From Camelus ferus (lineage: Eukaryota), in NCBI RefSeq assembly GCF_009834535.1, contig NC_045696.1:116686001-116750000 (forward strand): a stretch of 64,000 nt of DNA. The letters run 5' to 3'. The translations under genes were made by a program, and so were the position numbers. The notes beneath the pieces are model-generated. The model did no database searches, was not told the DNA's origin, and saw only the letters and a program-made list of their open reading frames with translations. Of this stretch, positions 11,771 to 27,400 are shown piece after piece (within the stretch, counting starts at the first letter, position 1; every line of letters starts with the position of its first letter).

Positions 11771-14700
11771 TCGAGACACTGTCATAAGCTGAAACACTGA
11801 GCTAGACAACAGACCCATTATGGAAGTGTCACCTGTAGGACACTGGGGTCATTTGTTATTGTCTTTCAGAAACTGGGTGAAGAGGAGGGGGCAGAGGCAA
11901 AGGAAGTTGATCATGATGATGAAGGGTCTGGATTTTGCATTACATGAGTAAAATTTCAAGGAAGAGAGAATATTTCTAGAAGAGGAAGATAAGCTACTGA
12001 GGGGGGAGGGAGAGAGATATTGGCCACCGTCAACATTTAAAGTATTTTCATAAAAAAAAACAGTTAAGTCGCTTCTTCAAAACGACTCAAGAGCCGCAGA
12101 AGCAGGAAAAATGACTAACAGGCTTTACAGAGAGTTGTATCAGCTAAATATAGAGAAGAGGTTTCTGATTGCTAAAGCAACTGAGAAATGAGGTGGGCCA
12201 CTGTGTGCATGGTGTGCTGTCATTAGAAGCATTTGGAGAATTAAAAAAAAATAGAGAATCCAAGTGCCAACGCTAGAGGTTCTGAGAGTCAGCCTATGAT
12301 CGGCTACAGGAATGGCTATTTTAAAAATATTTATTATTTTACATATTAACTTATTAAAAATATTTATAATCATATAAAAATATATTCCCAGAGAATTTGA
12401 AAACACAACCAGGTTTTGGAACCTCTGCTGTAGATTTTTTTCTGGGTCAGGGTGAGGTTCTCACTACGGAAAATATCTAGGTAAAATCACTTCTTGCCAG
12501 TAATCTCAAAAGGATATTCCGACATTGAGTGAGAAGTCAAAATAGATGTCCTCTAAGATACCTTGCAACTTTTAGATTTCATGATTCTACCACATTATGA
12601 AACATAATAGTATCGAACTGAGGTTGCTTAATTATTTATTTCAGGACAGTTTTTACTCATTATTTTAAACAATTGATCATTTCAAATTCTAGCCTATCCT
12701 GTGTTCATAGAAGCACAAAAAGGAAATGTTAACTAATTTAGTATCGATTTACATATATTGTGCTTATTTCTAATGGTGCAGAAATGAATGGGAAGTGTTG
12801 GCCTTCATTTCCCCAGGTGCCTCATTGTTTTCTAATAAAAAAAAAAACTGAAAAAAACCCCACGTCTACTCAAGTTCATGTATATTTATTTTATAGCCCT
12901 GAACACTGCGTTGCTTGAGCTACAGGACATTTTCTATTGCATTTCACTAAAGCCCAGATACTTTTAAAATAACAATTTTGAGGCAATTCACAGAATTTTT
13001 TTTTTTTTTTGAGATATAATCCAAGTTCTCAAGAGCTTTGTGCTCTACTTGGGGAAGGAAGAAATATGCATATGAAAATAATATGAAACTATATAAAAAC
13101 AAATACTGAATGGCAAGGTTGGAAAGCAGGTGTTGAACTTTAGAAAAGGGACTTAGAAATTGGGATTCATCATGGAAGAATCAAGGACATTGATAGGAGA
13201 CTGGAGGTAGGATCAACGCTAAAGGAATTGGAGCCCTTTTGAAAAATCTATGATGTCATTTAAAAAGGGGGAAATTCATGTACAAGGCAGAGGATAAGAA
13301 AGAAGAGGCCCTTTGCGATCCCTTCCAACTGCAAGTTCCTAAAAGAAACTTCCCAACATTATTCATAGTTGTTGGATTGGATCAATTATTGAACTTCATT
13401 TTCCTACTGATGAATGAAAAATGGCAGAGCTCAATGTTTTTAAAAGATTACATCAATTTACAAATTTTTCTAGGAGGTATGGGGGTGGATACCCATATCT
13501 ATTTTTTTTTAAAAAACAGTTATTCTGAAACTATCAGTTAGTGGTCAATTAATAGCTAGCTGCCACCAACTGGCTGATGTCTAGTTATGAATAATTAATA
13601 ACTAATTGTTTAATTTCATTTGAATCTTTCTATACTTGTTTGTCTACATAGTAACTCATTTTACCAAACATTTCCATTTGTATCTCTAAAGTAGATCCAC
13701 CTTCCAACCGATTCTGCCCCTGGAGGCTGGCTTGTATGGGCTCCATCAGTAGCCTCACTGGCGCTCTGGCCTCTGGCTGGTTTGGCCATTGCAGAAGCAT
13801 CAGATGGAAGGGAGGCAGCACAGGGATGCAGGGGCCGTGCTCCTCTGGCTGCTTCCCTACAGGGCTGAGGCAGGCAGAAGGTCGCAGAAGGTACCAACAA
13901 CAGGTCATGGCTCCTATCAGGTGGCCTTCTCCATCCAGCTTTCTCTGACTCAAGGTCCTGTAACCATTCTCTACTCTGGCCCCTCGGACCTCAGAGAGGT
14001 AGTGAACTTCCGTTGCTGTTGTCCCACGGCAGGAGGGGCTGTTCCATCTTTGTGGTTTCCCTACACTCTACTCACTCCTTTGCAAATACTCCTTTTGTTC
14101 AACGCAGCTCAAATCGCCCATCTGGAATGTGGCACTGGTCTCACTAGGACACTTAACTGTCACATTTGTTTAGTCCCTCTAGTCAAAGGTGAGAAGAGGT
14201 CTACATCTAAGTAATCCCGGGCAAAGAGGACAAAAATATTTCATCTCCAAACGTCACATGCATTTAAAATCCACACTTCACTTCACAAAATTTAGTGACA
14301 CTTGTTTTTCCTTTTGAGATTTCCTCCCTATTCTTTAGGGTTCATTTTAATTTATTTACTTATTTATTATCAGTATAACTCTCACAAATGCTACAAATCC
14401 ACCTACACAAAGAGGCTTGAGAAATGGAAAAATACCAGAAAGTGTCCTACAAATCATTAATTATTTGGATATATTCCAGTTTAGACACCGTGTCCACAAA
14501 ATGCAGCACTAACATCAACAGTACATATATATTAAAATGAAAAAAGCAGAATGGTTTTGCCAGCCATTAAATGGACTTAAGTTTTTCTTTGTCAAAAAGT
14601 GAATGTACAGCCTTTGCTTATATCTTGCTTTTGAGAACTGACAGTGGAGAGGTATATATGACCATGATGAGAAAGAAAAGAGAGTGTACAGTCAGATTTA

Positions 14701-16251
14701 GGGAGGGACTGGCGATTATATCGGTGTGTTTCAGTCGAGTCAATTGCCGATGAAAAGATATAAAGATAACACTAACCAGAGAACTCAATAAAGACCTGGA
14801 CCATTGGGTATCCCTCATGAAGGTTTCCTTACATGAATTACTGATAGAGCCCTGAGTTTTCATAGCCATTTAGAAAAGCAGTAAAGCAACTCTTAATTAA
14901 AGAACAACGTCTGTTATTACTCTTCCATTTATTTGACTGAAGGAGACTTCACGGATCTAGTTGACACAAATTTAAAACTTAACTGATAGCTCTCTCAAGC
15001 ATAATCTAGAAAACAACTGAGATTCTCTCTCTGGTTTTCAGCAGAAAACATGTCATTACCTGTATCTGTTTACTTGGATATTGTATGACACATTTAATCG
15101 GGGATGAATTAGCATTCAACCTCAAGCAAAACGAAAGAGGAGACAAGATTTCCCTAATCATGTTTGGATGCTGGGGGAGACATTACTAGTGCTTGCCAGT
15201 ATCTAGTTTTCTGTTATTTCTGGAGTACACAGAAGACTATACTTTTTTGTCTCTTGAAATTAACTGTATCCATGCAATTAGTTCTGGTTAATGAAATGTG
15301 AACAGAAATGATGTGTATATCTTTTGAGCCAAAATGATTGCCTATCTTCCCCTCTTCAAATGGAACATAACTAACCAATGACAGTCCAGGTAGTGGTGTC
15401 CCCTCTTGCTAACTAGCATTAGGTGCTTTGCTTGAATAAGAAATACATTTGAACCAATGGGATTTTGAGTTTGTTTGCTACCTCGGGATACTTTACCCTG
15501 TAACAATGCCTTTCTGAGAATGGTGGGACACTTCAATATTTCAGAAACAGTTACTAGTAAGGAAGTTGAAAATGAGGAAAAAACAGTTAAAAGATGTTGA
15601 TGTCACAAAACCAAATTTTAAATCTGACTTGTAGTCTTAATGACTATTATAAAATGATTCTTTAAAGCTTTAAGAAAATAATGGGTCTAAGGAGCTAGCT
15701 GGAATAGCTATTTTTAAAGGCCATGATCTATGATCCAATTATGAAATGTGATGCAAACACAGTCATGTCTGAAAAGAAGATGTTTTTTCTGTCGGTCTCA
15801 ATAGCAACCGGAGCTTGGATGCTAAAATGCTAGAGGCCGAGTTGATATGAGTAGATTTCTCATCTCTTCTAAGAGTGTGCTAATGTGTCAGTGCGACAAC
15901 GGGCTCCAGACCACTCGGTGAGATTCCGAGCAAAGGAGGGGTGTCAAGAAGAGAACTGGTCTCTTGCAAGTTTTGGTTCTCGTCACACATATACGTAACT
16001 TACAATATATGAAACTGTAAAAGGTGAAACGAAAATAACTTCCTAAATTCTGGTTTGAGAAGATGTTTAATTTTGTCTCATAAAAAGAACCATAACATCT
16101 TGGCCATAGAAGAATACTAAAAAAAAAAAAAAAAAATTAGACCCAATCAGAAAAGAATTATTCCCACCAAAGCAGTTTAAACATTGTAAGAGGCCAATGA
16201 CTTAGCTGGAAAGAAAGCCACTGGACTGACAAACAGAAAGTCTTTGGTGGA

Positions 16252-16710
16252 TGTGGTGGTTAATTTCATTCATCAACTTGACTGGGCCCTGAGGTGCCCA
16301 GACATTTGGTCAAACGTTACTCTGGGTGTGTCTGGGAAGCTGTTTCTGGATGAGATTAACATTTGAATTAGTACACTGAGTAAAGAAGACTGTCCTTAAT
16401 GTATGTGGACCTTAGTCAATTAGAGACCTGAATAGCACAAAAAGGCCAACTAAAAGGGAACTCTTCCTGCCTGACTCTTGGTCTGGGACATCAGTCTTCT
16501 CCTGCCTTCAGGGCCTGCTGACTTTTGCACTAGCACTTATAGACTTACTCCTATGAGCTTTCTTGGTTTTCAGACCTTTGCATTTGACCTGGGATTGTAT
16601 CATCAGCTCTCTTGGGTCTCCAGGTTGCCAACTGCAGGTCTTGTGACTCCTGAGCCTCTGTGCTTACATGAGCCAATTCCTTATAATAAATCTCTCACTC
16701 ACTCACTCTC
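16252..16710 (+). mobile_element. MLT2-type (ERVL) solo LTR
   Basis: tgtggtggttaattt...tcaacttgactgggc...gtgcccagacatttggtcaaac start; gagccaattccttataataaatctctc near the end. Confidence 0.85.
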
Positions 16711-17429
16711 TGTATATATAGGTGTATACACACATATATGTTTTGGGCAACATGTGGATGGTACAAACCTTTACAGAAATCAATTGGTAAAGACTATACC
16801 TGAAGTGAACTTTAAGCAGGTGCAAAAGAAAAATCAAGAATGTTCTGGAACACCAAAAAGAGACCTGAAATAAGAAAGTGGATAAATCCTGGTATAGAAA
16901 ATGGGGCAAAACCAAACTCAGAATAGCATAGACTAAAAAAGGAAGATCAGAATTTTGGATAACATCTGAAAGAGGCTTCATCCTCAGCTCTGTGCTTCCC
17001 GTATTACTCCAAGGGATGCTAATGGGAAAGAAAATGTTAATATAATTTTGTCACTAATGTGATCCATAAGCAAATGCATTTGGTCAATGCAGGCTAAAAA
17101 TAAGTTAATTTAGTTTTTTTACTGCAAGAACTCATAGAGCCTTAGTATGCTAATGACTAATGTGCATCGCTAAGAATACGAGTTAATTTTAAGTAAAATA
17201 TACCAGATGTACTTAACCACAGAGGAATTATTCTCGAAGTTTTATTTTAAATCATCTGAAAAAGAACAAAAATGTTCAAGTATTCTAATGTTTTTGGAAT
17301 TATATAAACTAAGTGAGGAACATCTACCCTTTGGTCTAGGCAATCCTGTTTTATTAAGTAACCATAATAACCATCAAAACCAGTGTTTTGACCATATCTT
17401 AAAAAAGAATACTTGACAAAGAAGCCCAC

Positions 17430-19565
17430 AATTAGTAACTAAAAGCAAGCAGACATGAGACAAATAGAAAATAAAAATTAAAATAGAAGACATAAATAAA
17501 AGTATATCAATAACATTAAATATGAATGAATTAAGCAACCTGATCAAAAGGCAAATATTGATAGACTGAACCAAAAAAATCAAGATTCAACCATAAGCTG
17601 TCAACAGAAGACACACTTTAGAGTCAAAGATATAAGTAGGTTCAAAGTAGAAGGATGAAAAAAGATATATCATGCAAAGAGCAACCACAAGAAAGCCTGA
17701 AAGGCTATATTAATATCAGACAAAATAGACTTACAATTTTTTACTAGAGATAAAGAGGAGACATTTTGTTAAAAAGGTGGTCAAATTATAGAAAATCCCT
17801 TACAGGAAATTATAACAAAATTATAAGTATATATACACCTAACAACACAGCAGTAAACACATGGACCAAAAAAAGAACTGAAGGGAGAAAGAGACAATCA
17901 GCAATAATAGTTGGAGACTACAATATCTCATTTTTAATAATAAATAAAACAACCGGGCAGATCAACAAGGAAACAGAAAACTTAAACATTACAGGCCCAC
18001 AGTCATAGACGGAACAGATATCTGTAGGATATTCACCCAACAACTGTAGAATACACAGTCTTCTCAAGCACATGCGGAACATTCTCCAGGTAAGATCTTA
18101 CGCTATGCCATTAAAGAAATCTCAATCAATTTAACAGGATCAAAATCATACAAAGTGTGTTCTCCAACTGTAATGGAGAGTGTTGAAAGAAATTTAAAAA
18201 GATATGAATGAACACATAGATCAATAGAATAAACAGTCCAGAAATGAACCCTCACATTAATGGCCAGCTGAGTCTCACAAGAGTGTTAAGACCATTTAGT
18301 GGGGAAGGCACAGTGTTGGTAACAAATGGTAATGTGACAAATGGACATTCACATAAAAAGTTAAGTAAAATTAGACCCATACCTCACACCATTTACAAAA
18401 ATTAACTCAAAATAGATTAAAGACCTAAATGTAAGTGCTCACACTATAAAACTCTTAGAAGAAAACAGAGGAACAAATTGTCATGACCTTGGGCTAGGCA
18501 ATGGCTTCTTAGATGTGACCTCAGAATCACAAAGAACAAAAGAAAAAAAACCCAGATAAACTGGATATCACCAAAATTAACATTTTTGTGCTGTATAGCA
18601 AAACATTAAGAAAATGAGAGAGCAGCTTAAAGAATGGGAGAAGAAAACTGACTTATAACTTATTACCTAGAATAAAGATGTCTTACAATTCTAATAAACA
18701 GACAACCCAATTTTAAAATGAATAGAGGATCTGAATAGACAGTTCTCCAAAGGCATACAAATGGCCAATAAGCACATGAAAAGATGCTAAACATTAGCTA
18801 TCCAGGGAAATGCAAAGGAAAACCACAACGAGATCCCAGTTCACACACACTCGAATGGTTGTAATAAAAAAAATTCACATAGTAACAAATAAAATTTGTT
18901 GGTGAGGAAGTGGAGAGCTTGGAACCTTCATCTGCTGCTAAGTGAAAAATGCTTGTGCTGCTTTGGGAAACAGCCTGGGATTCCTCAAGTGTTTACACAC
19001 TCACCAGCAATTTTTCCTTACCCAAGAGAAATTAAAACAGGGCCCCCACAAAACCTTGTGTGGATGTTTATGTATGTTCACAGCAGCATTATTCATATTA
19101 GCCAAAAGGTGGTTACGACACAAATGCCCATCAACTGGTAAGTGAATGAACAAAATGTGGGATATCTATACAAGTGAGATACTATTTGGTGATAAAAAGG
19201 AATAAAGTACTGGTATGACACTGTGAGCTGAAAACCTCGAAAATGTTATGCTAAGGGAAGAAAGTCAGTCACAAAGGAGCCCAAAGGAGCATGTTGTATG
19301 ATTCCATTTCTATGAAATGTCTGGAACAGAATAAATTTATAGGCACAGAATGTAGATTACTGGTTGCCTGAGGCCGAGGGTGGGGGAGCTGCTGGTGTCA
19401 GGGTGATGGCTATGTGGTGCAAGGGTTCTTTGTGGGGTAAAGAAATGCTCAACAATGTATTATGGTGATGGACGCACAAGTCTGTGAATATCCTAAAAGC
19501 CCTCGAATTGTAAAATGTATGAATTGTATGACATGTTAATTATATCTCAATAAGGTTGTTTAAAA
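17430..19565 (+). mobile_element. Old L1 (L1M-type) with endonuclease region joined to the 3' ORF2/3'UTR; large internal deletion near 18200
   Basis: ORF2 EN-like sequence (atatcagacaaaatagact, tagttggagactacaat), then gaccttgggctaggcaatgg and ttatatctcaataagg 3' end; no open frame. Confidence 0.8.
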
Positions 19566-19892
19566 GAAGGAGTTACTAAACAGTATGAGAAGCCAGACTT
19601 CTCTCTCAAAAAGAGTCAATATAAGCTGTTGTTTCTACGAAGTTCGTGTCTTTTAAGGCATGTATACATTTCATTCTCCTTAATACATTTAAGGCTCAAA
19701 GTGGATTAAAATGGCCTAACATTGACTGGCTCCTTGATGTACCTACAGAATAAAATGCTAAAATGTGGCAATTAGAGAATTCCAGCCAAAGTGCACTCTG
19801 GTGGACAAGGATGGTTTAATAAACCACTGTGTTCTTTCACTTTGAAAATGAAGACTTGGCTGTGATTATCGTTCTGTTAAGCCTGGCAGGTT

Positions 19893-20622
19893 CTCCTCCT
19901 ACACTGTTGGTGGGAATGTAATTTGGTGCAGGTACAATGGAAACAGTATGGAGATTCCTTAAAAAACTAAAAACCTATGTTTTTAGTTACCATATGATCC
20001 AGCAATCCCATTCCTCGGCATATATCCAGAGAAAACTCTAGTTTGGAAACATGGGCACCCCAATGTTCATGGTAGCATTATGTACAATAGACAAGACATG
20101 GAAGCAACTTAAGTGTCCAACAACAGATGACTGGATAAAGAAGTTGTGATATAGATACACAATGGAATACTACTCAGCCATAAAAAAGAATAAAATAATG
20201 CCATTTTCAGCAACATGGATGGAACTAGAGATTACCATACTAAGTGAAGTAAGTCAGACAGAGAAAGAAAAATACCATATGATATCACTTATATATGGAA
20301 TCTAAAAAAAGGACACAAATGAACTTATTTACAAAACAGAGATAGACTCACTGACATAGAAAATAAACTTATGGTTACCAAATGGAAAAGAAGAGGGGAG
20401 GGATAAATTAGGAGTTTGGGATTAGTAGAGACACATTACTATATATAAAATAGATAAACAACAAGGTCCTACTGTATAGCGCAGGGAACTATAGTCAGTA
20501 TCTTGTAAAAACCTATAAGACAAAGAATGTGAAAAAGAATATATATATATGTATAACTGAATCACTATGCTATACACCAGAAAATAACATATTATAAATT
20601 AATAATACTTCAATTGAAAAAG
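19893..20622 (+). mobile_element. L1 3' end fragment
   Basis: cctacactgttggtgggaatgtaa through the 3'UTR to an A tail. Confidence 0.9.
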
Positions 20623-23415
20623 AGCCTGGCAGATTCTTTTCTGTCTAGTTTTGTTATCATTTTGCCAGTTATATATTTAGTGTAATACCAGGTAACGGTT
20701 AAGTATTGTTAAACTAGCAAACTGGGTCTCTTTGCCCTTAAATCTGTTAAGTGTCACAGAATGTGTTCTTCAGCACAGTGACACTATTATATCAAACTAT
20801 TTAGCTAAAATAAGATGCATTGAAATATAAATTTTTGATCCTACCATTTTCTGTTCTAATTTTATATTGAGCATCTTCATAGTGAAAGGTAAGTCTTAGG
20901 TGAAAGCAGTCATTTTCATGATCAAATATGTTTCCCTTAAGTCCATTAATTTTCATTTTATTCCATAAGCAGTGACTAATTCTCTCTCCTCTATCACTGC
21001 CCGGGGCACTGTTAGGTAGCAGGGGTGCTAACTGGAGAGTCACATTTAAACCTTGTATGAGGAGGGAATGAGCATTTGACCATTTATTAAGGGAAGTTGC
21101 CATGTTTGGTACGTTACATAAAAAGTCCTTACAACAATCCTCTATTACAGATTCTATTATTACTATTTAATAGAGGGAAATCAGAGTTCAGATTTTTGCT
21201 GAAGTCACAGAGCTGTGGGTGGAGATCTAAAGGTCCTTTTCTCTCCAAAGCGTCTCCTCCTTCTCTGCTGTGGTGGGGCATACAGCTTCTTTGGCAGGCT
21301 TGCCTGCAGAGTTTTTCTGGGTCATCCAGATTTCAGAAATGAGGAAACACTCTGAGCCTTACCTACAAACCTTTTCAGAACTGGAGCATGTGACTCACGC
21401 AGCCCATGGCCCCCACTGGGACGTTTTGTTATTTTTAAACACTTTTCTTAGAATTTCACTATTTCTTTCTCTGCTGTAAAGCAACGGCAATGTTTTCAAA
21501 GGTGTTCTAATATTAGCAGCTGCCCTACATCTTTTAAACACTCCTACCTGTTCTGTGAATGTAGGTTCACAGATTTCGTTCTGTATTAAGCCAGCTGATT
21601 ATGAAATCTACATATCAGTGAACAATTTCTTTACACCCTAAATATCAGAATGGGGATTGTGTGATGCCCTCCAGATTATACAGTGGTTCAATGTGCCTCA
21701 CCTATTTGGGGGGTTGCCCCTTTGTTGCAGAGTTATTACCATGCAGTGCCTCCCACGTTTATTATCAACCCTTCTCGTGCTTACTGCTAAGCAAAGGACA
21801 GAATAAACAAAGGACAGAGCGATCCAACAATCACTATGTGAGTAGTGGGAAACAGGTGAAATGAAAAAATTAGTCTTAGCCTTTGAAAGACAGATTTGTT
21901 TTTTGGCTATATAAAGATTATTTTGTAGGAGACATGAGGGAAAAAGAAGTGGGCGGTTAAAAGAACAGTAATTTTACAGTTTGAAGTCAATTTGTATTTT
22001 TATTCTGTCTTAGTGAGTTTTAATGCACTACCCAAAGGGTCAAGATTATGCATAAATTAAATTACGTGTAAAAAAATTAGATCTTTTTAACTTAAGCTTC
22101 AACATGAAGAAATAGGATATTTTCCTATATGGAAAAACTAATTCTTTAGGGATGGATAATTAGATCACTCGTACTTTATCTTGCTCTTTTTTATTTCAAT
22201 TTATGACAAGATAACAAGATTTACGGTATCTCACCAGAAAAGCAATCATGGATACAGAAGCACACTGGGGAAATATTTTGTTTTTCAACTGGCTATGTGT
22301 TTTACCACATCTACTGGGCTCACATTGTGAAAGGAAAATCATGTAGTGTGTGGATTTATAGCTGTAAATTGGAAAAACTATCTACGTTTCAAAAGGTGAA
22401 GATACAAACACATTTTTTTTTTAACCCCAGACTAATCATTAAGTCCAGCATTTGAGCTAAGATATTGGTCAGTCAGTTCTTAAAACCATTAAATAATCTC
22501 CTCAAAAGTGAGGGAAAATAATTCACATGGTATTAATGGGTGGTTTAATCTAAGACTAATATCTGAAAGGAAATTGCTTAATAAAAAGGTTAATGTCTGG
22601 GTCTCCAGCGGAGTGTTCACTCTGTTTTGTTCTGGTGTATTTTTAACAAGAAATTATTTGGGCGATCCCACACATGGCCAAGTCCTTGTGATTTAAGGAG
22701 TTTCAAGCCAGTTAGTTTTTCTACCCCTGTCTTATTAGTCTGCCCTTTGGCCTTCTTACGTCTTGTTAGCAACAATCACACTTCCAGACAGTGTAGGCTC
22801 GGAGGGAGAGATGGCCGTAAAACACAGATCTTTACTACGCTGATGGAACACAGGTTGAACAAAAACCTACGGATTTTATGACAAGCTGCCCAGTTTTCCA
22901 TTCTTACAGATAACTGGAAACTGATTATGATTAGATGAAGTTCATTTTTCTCAAATCTCACATGAGTAGCGTCAGTTGGTTACATTTTGAACCGAGATCT
23001 CATCAGGGAATCAGAACCTTCAGCCCTATTACCCTGTCTGTTCCTGCTCACTGTACTTGGCCGAGGTCTACCCTGAAGGACACTGAAGACAGGTCTTCCC
23101 GCATACTCCTGTCTGAAGGTGCTTTCTAGTCTCCTCTGCAGCTAAGCCTGCAGTTAATCCCTCTGGGACCACCCTCATCTCCACTTTCGCTTGTCTCATG
23201 GAAGAACAATTCTGAGTTGTCCCACACAGGCTCTCTGTGGTCCCAGCAGGACTAAGCTCCAGTTGCCCAAAGAACAATGATCTCATTAATACACCCTTAT
23301 TAATTTGTTTCCTTTCTTTTCTGTCTTATTTCTCTACCTCTTCATCTTGCTTCCTGGATCACCTTCCAAAGAAACAATCTGCATCTAAATCATTGTCTCA
23401 AAATCTGTTTCTTTA

Positions 23416-23528
23416 TTTTTTATTAGGTTGGTTTGTTTGTTTGTTCATAGAGGAGGTGCTGGGGATTGAACCCAGGACCTTGCACATCCTAAGCATGCAC
23501 CGTACCACTTGAGCTATAACCTCCCCCC
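23416..23528 (-). mobile_element. Vic-1-like SINE
   Basis: tRNA-like head on the minus strand; perfect 15-bp TSD aaatctgtttcttta at 23401-23415 and 23529-23543. Confidence 0.9.
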
Positions 23529-23599
23529 AAATCTGTTTCTTTAAAAAATATTTAATTTGGGGGGAGGGGCACCCAAATTAAGACAGTGATTCAGAACTA

Positions 23600-23865
23600 A
23601 TCTTCTCTATTTACATGAAATGTCCAGAAAAGACAAATTTGTGGAAACAGAAAGTAGGTAAGTGGTTGCCTAGGGCTGGATGTGGGGACAGGGATTAATC
23701 TTAAACGGGTGTGAGAGATCTTGTTAGGGAGGTAAAAATATTCTAAAACTCACCTGGTATGGTTGAACCACTCAGTAAAGTTACTAAAAAATCATTAAAC
23801 TGTACACTTGAAATGGGTGAATTTTATGATATGCACAATATACCTCAATGAAATTGTTTAAAAAA
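23600..23865 (+). mobile_element. Old L1 3'UTR fragment (L1MB/MC/ME-type)
   Basis: gaaatgtccagaaaagacaaat...gtggttgcctagggctgg...tatacctcaatgaa. Confidence 0.75.
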
Positions 23866-24044
23866 TTACTTTATCTTATGTGGAGAGATGATATAAGACC
23901 TATAGGTGAAGTGCTCCAAGTTACACAGCAAATATAGGTCAGGGAAAAAGAACAGAGTCTTGGGCCTTTGATTACTCTGATTCATTCCCCACTCTTTCTT
24001 TAAAACCTGAATGTTGCCATTTTTATTTTTATTTTTAAATTAAA

Positions 24045-24278
24045 AATTTTTTGAAATTGAAGTATTGTCAGTTTACAGTGTTGTGTCAATTTCTGGTGTA
24101 CAGCATAATAGTTCAGTCATACATATACATACACATATTCATTTTCATTTTCTTTTTCAAGATGTTGAATATAGTTCCCTGCGCTATACAGTATACACTT
24201 GTTGTTTATCTATTTTATATATAGTAGTTAGTATCTGCAAATCTTGAACTCCCAATTTATATTTTCCCATCTCCTTCT
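24045..24278 (-). mobile_element. L1 3' end fragment
   Basis: gtcaatttctggtgtacagcata, homologous to 42785-43040; about 400 bp downstream of exon 15. Confidence 0.85.
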
Positions 24279-24556
24279 TGATTCATCAGTGGACTAATGA
24301 TTTCTTTAACTCATTAAAAATTAAAGTACCTGAAAAAGTGAAAAAAAGCACCAGTTAAATCAAATATCAATACATTCATGACACTAATTATAACAAGCAT
24401 CATTTACTTAGTGCTTACTTTATGTTAAATAATTCACCTAGATTATTTCATTTAATTTCACAAATGGGCCATAATTGCTATCTCCTTGTAACACATGGAG
24501 AAGCAGAGCTGGAGAGAGGGTCAGTGACTAAAGCGGAAATTCGTCCACATTTGTCA

Positions 24557-24928
<372 letters not shown>

Positions 24929-25479
24929 CTAGGCCCACATCACGGTGGTGACCGTGACCACACTCATTGGATGCGTCCAGGGCAAACCTCCCCCTCTCCT
25001 GAACACAGTCACTACCATGTGCCAAAATGGCGTATCTTCTTTTCTTTGACCGTTTTCTAAAAGTATGTCACAGCCAGTGTCCAAGCCATGGAAGAGGGAT
25101 GTTCTTTTTCTCCTTTCTTTCCTTTCCACATTTTGATTTCTGTGCCCATGAAAGCATTTTCCACCCACTTCTGTTTCAGGTGTTAATCTCCACTGCAGGT
25201 TTTCTGTCTCCTCCTCTGTTGCTCTAAAAGGTAATTTCTCCCATTTCCTGGTTCTCTCATCTCCACTTTTTCTCTATCTTACTTTTACAAATGCATTCAT
25301 ATCTGTCAGGAACAGAAGCAAGGCTGGGTCATTGCTAGCTGGAGTGGAAACGGTTTGATTTATATATAGATATCTGTATCTGTCATGTATGTACATATAT
25401 ATGTCCTAATTCTAGTTAATTGTCGGTAGAAGACTTGTTGTGGGAGAAAAAAGTCACTCAAAACAATTCGAAGTGGCAG

Positions 25480-26020
25480 AGTAGTAAAAGCTCATTTTGC
25501 AGAGATATTTTGCAAAGTTAATCTACTTATTCCACAAATGATAAGAGGTCTTCTGCAATGGGCCAGGCCTCCTTTAGAGGAGAGAGCAATGAATAAAGAA
25601 AATGTATTGACCCTCATGGAGTTTGAGTCTAGCACGGAAAAGAGACATTTAAAAAGCAACTATGCAATGGGTTTGGATTTCCTACCAAGGGCAGTAGGGA
25701 TCCATCTCAGGGATTTAAGCATTTAAGAGTAGAGTAATAAGAAGAAGTTTGTGTTCTTTAAAAAGTTCACTGTGTATGGAGAACAGTGTGAAAGCAGAGA
25801 AGAGACTAGTAGCCAGGCAGGCAAGAGATGAATGTGGCAGGGAAAAGGGTGGTGGTGGTAAGGATAGAAAGCTTTAGACAGAACTGAGAGGTATTTAGGA
25901 GACAGATCAAGGGCATTTGTTGCCTTAATGGGGGGGTGTTGGGGTGGATGTCGGGAAAAGCGAGATGAGGAGACTAAGGGGGTGCAGGACCAGAAGCACT
26001 AGGTGGATGGGTATGGTGAG
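25480..26020. mobile_element. L2 fragment(s)
   Basis: ccctcatggagtttgagtctag and gagaggtatttaggag signatures. Confidence 0.6.
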
Positions 26021-27166
26021 TCTGTGAGCCAATGAGGAAGACTTCCAGGTGGGACCCACCATCAGCTTCCACAGCAAATACTCACACCTGCTTAACTATC
26101 TCTACGATTTCTGTGCCCCTTTACCCCAAGTAGAGGAATATCAACATGTGTCAGTCCATTAAATGAATGAATGAGGATTGTGGACTGACACCTGCCCGCC
26201 TCTGCTCAGCTTCCCCCCACCTCACCTTCGTCCTACCAAGGATTCTTATACTTCCATTTCCCCAGAAGAGGATGACTGCTCAGAAGAATTGCTGATTGAG
26301 ATAGAATTCTGGTATTCAACCAAATGGAGACACACCCCCAGAACTGTACATTCAAATGTCTTTCTTGGGCTTGGCTTTGCCTGTGGAAGGATTTGCTAAT
26401 TAGCAGGAGATTGTGACACAAGGATCCCAGAGCTGGGTGGAAAGGAGAGGAGAGAGCCGGCAGGGGACGCTGGCCTTGAGCCTGGTGACTTTTGGATCGC
26501 CTATGCCTGTTTAACACTAGTTCACTATTCTCCCTTCATCAACTCCAGGTGCGTCTTCTAAAGGAGTTGTCATTTCTAGTCTGCATCATGTTGACAGATT
26601 CCTTTTCATGGGCAATGAATTCAAGAATAAAAGAGAGAGAGCGGAGCCTGGGCTAGGTTTGGGGGTACCCTTGCATTAATTCACCATCCTAGAGGGGAGT
26701 GCTTCATACAGTTCTCTATCATTTCTGACAGCCTTATGTACTTCCGAAGATGTTTATTCCTGAAAAATTGCAAGTACATAACCTCTTACCCAATAAACTG
26801 GTTAATATAACCAACCTACAATGCAGAACCAACACAGCGTTTCCTTTGGGTAATGTTGTTTTCGTGGATTAGTCTGCATTCTTAATAGGAAAACATGGCT
26901 ACCCTCTGATGAACAGCAGAAATTTGAGTCTCCTGACACACCGCTTCCCTGGGCTGGTAAGTGGCAGGGCATCCAGCCTGAACGGAGGAACAGTTACAAA
27001 CGCTATCTTAACAGCTCGGACGTGGCACAGACTCAAGCCAAGTTATTCTATGGCTTTGGTATAAAGTTCTATCACATGGAGAATTTTCCGAGAATGGGAA
27101 GGCAAAAAGGTGCCTAAACTAAATACTACAAGTTAGAAAGAAACATCACTCCTTGAGAGAAGACTA

Positions 27167-27310
<144 letters not shown>

Positions 27311-27400
27311 CTAGTTGTGCATTTATATTCGTGGGTTCCAATATTTCTAGCAGACTTAAAAAACCTTGTGTTAAGTTTCTAAACTCCAGATACTCCAGAA

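Noticed and set aside
13630..14214. Cluster of four ORFs on both strands
   Set aside because: A GC-richer patch, probably an old LTR, where open frames arise by chance; no homology recognised.
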